Part shown: positions 37,681 through 44,508 of the stretch, one piece after another | Layout: the number at the start of each line of letters is the position of its first letter | Numbering within the stretch: position 1 is the stretch's first letter | Virus record (IMG/VR): IMGVR_UViG_3300047476_001057 | Location: 32,001-96,000 of that record | DNA from: a virus | DNA length: 64,000 bases | Reading direction: 5' to 3' (one strand) | The notes under the pieces: generated by a model | Told to the model about the DNA's origin: nothing | The model's input: only the letters and a program-made list of their open reading frames with translations | The model's database searches: none | Made by a program: the position numbers and the translations under genes

Positions 37681-40600
37681 TGAATAAGCTGTTACAACTT
37701 TTAGTAAGCACTGGAGATGTTTCTCATAAAGTGTTACCTACCTATCAGATGAGAGGAGAGGTTAGATCTATATCTCGTGGTGACATTCAGGGAGCTCCTA
37801 TGCCTGTTATAAAAATGACAGCTGAGGAAGCTAAGAGATTGCAAATGCAGAAGATGGCTCAGCAGGCTATCGCTAACCAGGCTACATTAAAACCCGGTTC
37901 AAAACTTACAGATCGTGATGCTCTGTTAGAAAAGAACAGACAATATGCTGCATCAACAGGTAAAAGATTTAACCCTAACACCGGTGGTGTAAGTCCATTG
38001 TTATCTGATAACACAGACAGAACAATGAGACGTGTCCAGGAAAACATAGTTAATCCGATGTTGCAACTGGAAGGTCTAATGACTGGAGCAGGTCTTGTTG
38101 GTAAAGGAGCAGGTAGTATAATGCAAAGAATTGCTCCGGCAATTGAAAACATAGGGTTTAATACGTCACGTAATATTAGAAAAGCATTTCCTGGTTTTGT
38201 AGATAAAAGAATGAGGGCTATAGATAAAGGAAACAAGTGGAGTCAGGAATGGTACAGTAATCCAACTATTCAGCAACGATATAATGATTGGATTGAAGAA
38301 TCTTCTCTGTTAAAACCAGAAGCGGCTTTATATCAAAGTCGTATAATGGACATTGCACCTACTGTTATTCGAGGTATCAATCTTGATAAGAGTTATGCTA
38401 ACAGACTTAGTGGTACTATAGCCAGAGATAACTATGAAAAACTTTTAAAAGAAGGAGCTATTACTAAGGGGACTACAGATCGTTTTGGGTTTGGAAAAAA
38501 TGATGTTGTAGGAAGGTATAGTCACGGAAGTAATGATGCTCTTATAGATGTATTGCATCCAGCTCTTGGTAGAAAGTTTAATACTGCTAATACTACAGTG
38601 CATGAAAACATTCATGCAATTACCAGAGGAAATGACGGACTTACTCAGAACGCTAAGAGTTTTTTAAAAGCTCCTTTTAATAGATCAACAGGTAACAAAT
38701 ATGATAAATATTTAACTAATCCAACTGAAGTGCATGCTCGCATTGGTGAACTCAGACGTCAGTTTGGACTAACTCCTGAAACAAAAGTAGATATATCTAC
38801 TATGAATAGAATTATGGAGTTGGGAAAACAAGGTAAAACTTCTGTTGATAAAAGATGGTTTGAGCTTGTTAATGACAAATCTAAATTAAGATGGTTGTTT
38901 AATAATGCTCCAACTGTTACAGTACCTATAGCTGGTGCAGCTCTATTAGACCAAAAAAGAAAAGGTGGAGTCATTATAGATTCTCGTGGTCAATGGGCTT
39001 ATCCTGGTAAACAAACTATAGTACCTACACCCACTGGGCAAATAACCATGCAGGGTGTTCCCTATCCTGTATATGGACAAGATGAAACTGGCTATGGTCA
39101 GATGATGTATCCTGATGGTGAATATGAATTTCCTGGTGAGATGGTGTATGAAACACCCATGATGAGTAAGGGTGGACAGCACGGTGGTCTTGACCGCTGG
39201 TTTGCAGAAAAGTGGGTAGATGTAAAAACAGGTAAAGCATGTGGCAGACAAGAAGGTGAGAAACGTAAAGGATATCCTGCCTGTCGTCCTTCCAGAAGAG
39301 TGAGTGAGGATACACCAAAAACAGCATCAGAACTTTCTAGTTCTGAGCGTGAGAAATTCAAGAGATCTAAAACTTCAAGTGAACGTATAAACTATCAACA
39401 CCGTAGAAAAGAATATGGTGGAGAACAAACTGAAACAGATATGACTAACAAACCGAACAACCCGTCATTATGGTCCAGAGCTAAGTCTTTGGCTAAACAA
39501 AAGTTTAATGTATACCCTTCCGCATATGCCAATGGTTGGGCTGCTAAGTGGTATAAATCTAAAGGTGGTACCTGGAGAAAAGCTGAGTATGGTATGGAAG
39601 TACCTATGATGGCTGAAGGTGGTAAACCTGAGTGGCTTATGGAGGCTCAGCTTAAAGCTCAAGGTTATTCAGGAGATGCACTCCGTCAGAAGATGGCTTC
39701 TATGGCTAATGGTGGAGAACCTCAGAATGCAGGTTTTCAGGCATTGCCTGAAGCTGTTCAGGAAAAGATTATGAATAGCATGGCTTATGGTGGATATATG
39801 GGTGAAATGGCTTACGGTGGTAGTGCTCAACAAGCTGCTATTGCTATTGCCATGAAAAAAGCAGGTAAAAAACCAAAGTCTATGGCAGATGGTGGAGAAC
39901 CTAACGGTGAGATGGCACTCGGTCAGATGGCTGCTGTACAAGATAAAATGAATAAGCTTCTTAAGTTTGTTAGACCAGAAGATAACTTAGATCCATGGAT
40001 TGCTTCTAAGCTTGCTGTAATGGATCACAGTGCAGACGCTATTGCGGACTACATGATGTACGGTCCTGATGCTGAAGAGATGGAAGAGCAAGAAATGAAA
40101 GGTGGCGGCTATGTTGTTACAAGAAGCAACGATCGTAAAGGTAAGACTCATAAAGTGACTGGTCCTGACGGAACTGTTAAATACTTTGGTGACTCGAAGC
40201 TTGGTCAGCATCCAAGAGATCCAGAAAGAAAAGCTGCTTTCTATGCACGTCATAAAAAGAACCTTGAAGGTAATCCATACTTCCGTGCCTTTGCAAGAGC
40301 AACATGGGAGAACGGTGGACAGATAGACGAAATGGCAAACGGTGGTTATATCGGTTATGATGGAAAGCGTCACATGTCTTCTACACCCACATGGTCTGGA
40401 AACATGGGTTATCAAACTGGTGGTGAACCTTTGTGGCATGCAAACTGGAACGATGCTGAACAATCTTATGAATCTATAGATCCGATTGCAGAACAGTTTA
40501 ACCAGGATGTAGCAGCTATGCCAGCACGTGCTGTATCTATGAATGTTCCTGCAAGTGCTCCTGTTGCTAAAGCAGTGGCTCGACCACGTAGCAAAGGATC

Positions 40601-41471
40601 TAGCTACAGTGTGGTTGACTACATGAATAGCCTAGATATGCCATCTGATTATGCTACACGTAAAGCCCTTGCAGAAGAGTATGGTATAAAAGGATACAGA
40701 GGAACTGCTGATCAAAATATGATGTTGATTTCTGCTATCAGTCAAGCAGTAAAGTCTCAGGGATCTAAAGCAGCTGCTGTTTCTACACAATCAGGTTCTG
40801 CGGACTATGCTATGAATAGCAGTAATATGCTTAGAAGAGGTTACACTGCTTCTAGTAACCCATTCATGTTTGGTGAAATACCTCAAAGACCAGCTGTAAA
40901 AACTTCTGGTGCAGCTAAAGCTGCTGCAGCTAAAAAAGTAAATGCAGCTAATGCTCAAGATGCAGAAGATGCAAGATCGTTTGCTAAGTATAAAACAGAA
41001 GATCCATATTTCTTTGCAGAAGAATCTGATCCATCGTGGGTAAAGGCTATTGATATGCCTTTTACTTACTTAAGAGATCTTGGTGCCCAAGTTGTTTTAG
41101 ACCAAGACTTAATGGCATTAGGTCAACTACTTGCTCTTGGTGCAGGAACGAGGTTTATTAAGGGTAAATCTAAGATAGAGCCTTACTACGGAGGACAGAA
41201 AGCTTTGCCAAGAATGCCTGGTAAATCACTGCCTGCTCCAGCTGCCCCTGGTCCAAGAGGTCCTATTCCTGGACCTGCAAGTGGTGGATACATTAAGCCA
41301 GGAGTTCCAGGTACATCTCCAAGAGGTTTTGAAATTCCAAGTGCTGGTTTAAGAAGTCCGGGTTATCCAAGGTTTGCTCAAGGTGGACCTGTAGTGGGCG
41401 ATGAAATGGAAGTAACTCCTGAACAACTTGAACAGCTTCGTGCACAAGGATATCAGTTTGAAATAATCTAA
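37677..41471 (+). CDS. Mosaic cargo / internal virion protein with GG-delimited modules
   Basis: 1264 aa; HENIH zincin domain, several small basic modules, a DUF3597-like SVVDY..RKALAEEYGIKGYRGTADQN module, 13 xxxGG motifs. Start overlaps the muzzle stop (ATGA). Confidence 0.6.
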   Translation: MMNKLLQLLVSTGDVSHKVLPTYQMRGEVRSISRGDIQGAPMPVIKMTAEEAKRLQMQKMAQQAIANQATLKPGSKLTDRDALLEKNRQYAASTGKRFNPNTGGVSPLLSDNTDRTMRRVQENIVNPMLQLEGLMTGAGLVGKGAGSIMQRIAPAIENIGFNTSRNIRKAFPGFVDKRMRAIDKGNKWSQEWYSNPTIQQRYNDWIEESSLLKPEAALYQSRIMDIAPTVIRGINLDKSYANRLSGTIARDNYEKLLKEGAITKGTTDRFGFGKNDVVGRYSHGSNDALIDVLHPALGRKFNTANTTVHENIHAITRGNDGLTQNAKSFLKAPFNRSTGNKYDKYLTNPTEVHARIGELRRQFGLTPETKVDISTMNRIMELGKQGKTSVDKRWFELVNDKSKLRWLFNNAPTVTVPIAGAALLDQKRKGGVIIDSRGQWAYPGKQTIVPTPTGQITMQGVPYPVYGQDETGYGQMMYPDGEYEFPGEMVYETPMMSKGGQHGGLDRWFAEKWVDVKTGKACGRQEGEKRKGYPACRPSRRVSEDTPKTASELSSSEREKFKRSKTSSERINYQHRRKEYGGEQTETDMTNKPNNPSLWSRAKSLAKQKFNVYPSAYANGWAAKWYKSKGGTWRKAEYGMEVPMMAEGGKPEWLMEAQLKAQGYSGDALRQKMASMANGGEPQNAGFQALPEAVQEKIMNSMAYGGYMGEMAYGGSAQQAAIAIAMKKAGKKPKSMADGGEPNGEMALGQMAAVQDKMNKLLKFVRPEDNLDPWIASKLAVMDHSADAIADYMMYGPDAEEMEEQEMKGGGYVVTRSNDRKGKTHKVTGPDGTVKYFGDSKLGQHPRDPERKAAFYARHKKNLEGNPYFRAFARATWENGGQIDEMANGGYIGYDGKRHMSSTPTWSGNMGYQTGGEPLWHANWNDAEQSYESIDPIAEQFNQDVAAMPARAVSMNVPASAPVAKAVARPRSKGSSYSVVDYMNSLDMPSDYATRKALAEEYGIKGYRGTADQNMMLISAISQAVKSQGSKAAAVSTQSGSADYAMNSSNMLRRGYTASSNPFMFGEIPQRPAVKTSGAAKAAAAKKVNAANAQDAEDARSFAKYKTEDPYFFAEESDPSWVKAIDMPFTYLRDLGAQVVLDQDLMALGQLLALGAGTRFIKGKSKIEPYYGGQKALPRMPGKSLPAPAAPGPRGPIPGPASGGYIKPGVPGTSPRGFEIPSAGLRSPGYPRFAQGGPVVGDEMEVTPEQLEQLRAQGYQFEII

Positions 41472-43199
41472 CTTATGAAAATACGTATTACTAAAAAAGG
41501 TCTTCCTAAAGCCCAGATGTGGAATAGTCAGCCTGGTGTTCAAATGCAAACACCGGCTCAATCTAGCTATAACTGGATGAATTTCAGCCAGGAGCAGGTT
41601 CCTTTACCACGCACTACGGTTATTAATCCTGATGGTACACAAAAAACCACTGGTAATTTTGGTGAACCTACTATACAATATAGAATGTCTGAACAGGGTA
41701 CACCTTTGAACCAGGGTAATATTGTACCTCTTAATACCAGACCTAATATAATGAAAACCCTTCAGGGAGTATCAACAGTAATGAATGCTATTTCTCCGGT
41801 GGCTGATCTTCTTGATACCAGAAGAAAGAATAAAGAGATTGAGCAAGCATACAGAGACAGTCTTGTAAGGATGGGTCCTGTTGATTATACACAGAACCGT
41901 GGTGACTATGAGATCAATACTGGTATGGTAGATCCGTATAACACAGGTGCTAAAAGTAAAGGTCAGTTTGCAGGAGCTTATTATACTCCTATGGCACAAG
42001 ATGGTCTTAGTCTGGGTCCTATTTCTTTTAGTGAGGAACCTGTAAGACGTAATGTATATCAGACAGCACCTCTGGAAATAACCAGAAGTGTAGCAGCTTC
42101 TACTTATGTAAAACCTCCGGTAGTTAAAAATATGTCTGTAGAAAAACCATCTGCTGCAGGATTTAAAGATTTTATTGCAGCTAAAGAAAGCGGTGGTAAT
42201 TACAGAGCTTTACCTAAGGATAGTTCTGGTAAACTTGTTTCATCTGCAGCAGGTAAATATCAGTTTTTGTGGAATCAGCATAAAGGTTGGATAAGCAAGG
42301 TGACAGGTGTTTCTTCTAAAGAAGAATTTCTTAATAACCCAGAAGCCCAGGAAAAAGCTTTTGAATACTGGGATGCTACAGTGCTTACACCTAACGCAAA
42401 CAAGATTAAACAGCAATTAAGTGTAGCTGATTCTGTAGAACAAATAAAAGCTAAAATACATTTTGCAGGACCTGCTGGTGCGTATAGATTCTATTCTACA
42501 GGACAGGAAACCAGAGATGCTTTTGGAACAACAACATCTACCTATGAAATGGGTGGAGAAAATACACAGCCTATGAAAATACGTATTACACAAGAACCCA
42601 TGGACAACATGGAATATGGCGGACAGCTTGGGTATGGTTTTGATTTGGGAGGACGCCGTGTTTACACTGATATGCCTGAGTCAACATCTGATACAGTAAA
42701 TAATACTATTGGTCCTGTACCTAGAGAGATGGCTAATATAGAAGCTGAGAAAGGTGAAACCATGTTGTCTGATGTAGACGATGATGGTATGATGGAACAC
42801 ATGAAGATTGGTGGTAAGCGTCACTCTGAAGGTGGTACTCCACTAGCTGCAAAACCTGGTGACTTTATCTTTTCAGATACAAAGAAGATGAAGATTAAGA
42901 ATCCTGCTTTACTTGCACTATTTGGTAAGTCAGCTAAGAGTGGTGGTTACACACCTGCACAACTTGCCAAGCAGTATGACATCAATAAGTACAAAGCCAT
43001 CCTGCAGGATCCAAACAGTGATGCTGTATCTAAGAGAACAGCTGAAATGATGCTGGGTAACTACGAGAAAAAGCTTGGTATGATTTCTCTTGTACAAGAA
43101 GCCAAGAAAGGATTTCCTCAGGGTATTCCTGCTGTAGCAGAAAGCGTAATGCCTGAAGCTAAGTTTGGTGGTTACCTTGAAGAGTATCAAGTAGGTGGT
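38952..43199 (+). repeat. Dispersed [M/F/Y/W/K/A]-x-x-G-G motifs in two adjacent cargo proteins
   Basis: GG codons start at 38964, 39171, 39417, 39618, 39711, 39789, 39816, 39891, 40101, 40314, 40341, 40419, 41382, 42552, 42618, 43167 and 43194. Confidence 0.8.
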
Positions 43200-44450
43200 A
43201 GTCCTAGGAAAATGACTAAAGCTGAATATGAAGCTGCATTAAAGAAAGGTGAGTTTAAACAGATAGGCAACTCTCGTATAGCTGAAAGAACATGGCAGGA
43301 AAAAGTAAAAGATGAGGTTCCCGGTCAGGCTGCTCAGTTTAAAATAGAAACAAGTAAGGGTCCTGGTAAAGGTAGTGCATCTTTCAATAAGGCTTTTGGT
43401 GATGCTCGTAAAGCAGGTCTTAAAGAGTTTACATTTAACGGAAAGAAATTCAACACCGGTCTTTACAAACCAGGAGAAGGTAATAAGGTTCTTGTAAAAG
43501 CAGCAGTAGAAGGAACACCTGCTGAGTATAAAGAAAGAAAGGAACAAATTACTTATGACGAAGCTCCTGGTATACCAACTGTTCCAGATTTTACTCCTTC
43601 AGAAAATAACACTCCTTATGGTTGGACGCAACAGGATATAAACAATGCATTGCTTGCTATGAGCAACCGTGCAGGTATTAAGAAGTATCCAAGTGTACGT
43701 AGAGACTTCAACCCTGTTATGCCTGACTTTAGAAACATGGACTGGAGAGGTAAGGCTGCAGAGTTGCAGGGTACATATAACTCCCAAATGAATACGCTTG
43801 GTACATATCAAAGTCCTACGTCTCTTGCAGCTAATGCATCGTTTATGGCAGGTCAACAGGCTGAGAATCTTATCAACCGTGCAATTGAACCTACAGAACA
43901 ACAAAATGTGCAGATTTATAATCAGGTGTCAGGTCAGCGTGCCGGTATAATGAACCAGGCTTTGGCTAATGCTGCACAGAATACATTCCTGCGTTCACAA
44001 GATAGAGCTGTATTAAATCAGCAATATGACAATGCTGTTAGGGATGCTAATGCGGCAATGATACAGACTATCAACCAAGGTATGACAAATGCATCAGGCA
44101 TCTACAATACTAATCTTGTAGAAAGCCCATACTACTTCTATGATCCACGTACACAAAAGATGAAGTTTAACTCAGAGAATGCACGTGCAGCTTTTGAAGC
44201 AGCAAGAAGATCTGCAGGACCAAATGAATCAGATATGGCTGCTCAGTATATGACTTTGCGTAGTAAACTTACTGGTGTACCTGAAGATAAAAAAGATGAT
44301 GTTGCTCAAATGATGATGGGTCTTGGTAAAACAGGAAGAACATCATCTACTACTTATCCTTTCAATCCCACTATGAACAGAACAACTGTTCAGCAACCTT
44401 TTAATCCTTATTACAATCCCTATCTCAATCCTGCAATGAGGGATCAGTAA
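41475..44450 (+). CDS. Cargo / ejection protein with lysozyme-like (lytic transglycosylase-type) domain
   Basis: IAAKESGGNY (putative catalytic Glu at 42186) and AAGKYQF; ANIEAEKGE..GKRHSEGGT motif of crAss cargo proteins; Q/N/A-rich helical C-terminus. Confidence 0.65.
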   Translation: MKIRITKKGLPKAQMWNSQPGVQMQTPAQSSYNWMNFSQEQVPLPRTTVINPDGTQKTTGNFGEPTIQYRMSEQGTPLNQGNIVPLNTRPNIMKTLQGVSTVMNAISPVADLLDTRRKNKEIEQAYRDSLVRMGPVDYTQNRGDYEINTGMVDPYNTGAKSKGQFAGAYYTPMAQDGLSLGPISFSEEPVRRNVYQTAPLEITRSVAASTYVKPPVVKNMSVEKPSAAGFKDFIAAKESGGNYRALPKDSSGKLVSSAAGKYQFLWNQHKGWISKVTGVSSKEEFLNNPEAQEKAFEYWDATVLTPNANKIKQQLSVADSVEQIKAKIHFAGPAGAYRFYSTGQETRDAFGTTTSTYEMGGENTQPMKIRITQEPMDNMEYGGQLGYGFDLGGRRVYTDMPESTSDTVNNTIGPVPREMANIEAEKGETMLSDVDDDGMMEHMKIGGKRHSEGGTPLAAKPGDFIFSDTKKMKIKNPALLALFGKSAKSGGYTPAQLAKQYDINKYKAILQDPNSDAVSKRTAEMMLGNYEKKLGMISLVQEAKKGFPQGIPAVAESVMPEAKFGGYLEEYQVGGSPRKMTKAEYEAALKKGEFKQIGNSRIAERTWQEKVKDEVPGQAAQFKIETSKGPGKGSASFNKAFGDARKAGLKEFTFNGKKFNTGLYKPGEGNKVLVKAAVEGTPAEYKERKEQITYDEAPGIPTVPDFTPSENNTPYGWTQQDINNALLAMSNRAGIKKYPSVRRDFNPVMPDFRNMDWRGKAAELQGTYNSQMNTLGTYQSPTSLAANASFMAGQQAENLINRAIEPTEQQNVQIYNQVSGQRAGIMNQALANAAQNTFLRSQDRAVLNQQYDNAVRDANAAMIQTINQGMTNASGIYNTNLVESPYYFYDPRTQKMKFNSENARAAFEAARRSAGPNESDMAAQYMTLRSKLTGVPEDKKDDVAQMMMGLGKTGRTSSTTYPFNPTMNRTTVQQPFNPYYNPYLNPAMRDQ

Positions 44451-44488
44451 ACCTGTTAAGTTTAGTTTTAAACCTTTCAGATTTTTCC

Positions 44489-44505
44489 GTATATTATTAA
44501 TGTAA
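44489..44505 (+). promoter_or_regulatory. Putative phage promoter motif, copy 5 (GTATATTATTAATGTAA)
   Basis: Intergenic, immediately before the 44509 ATG. Confidence 0.5.
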
Positions 44506-44508
44506 CCT

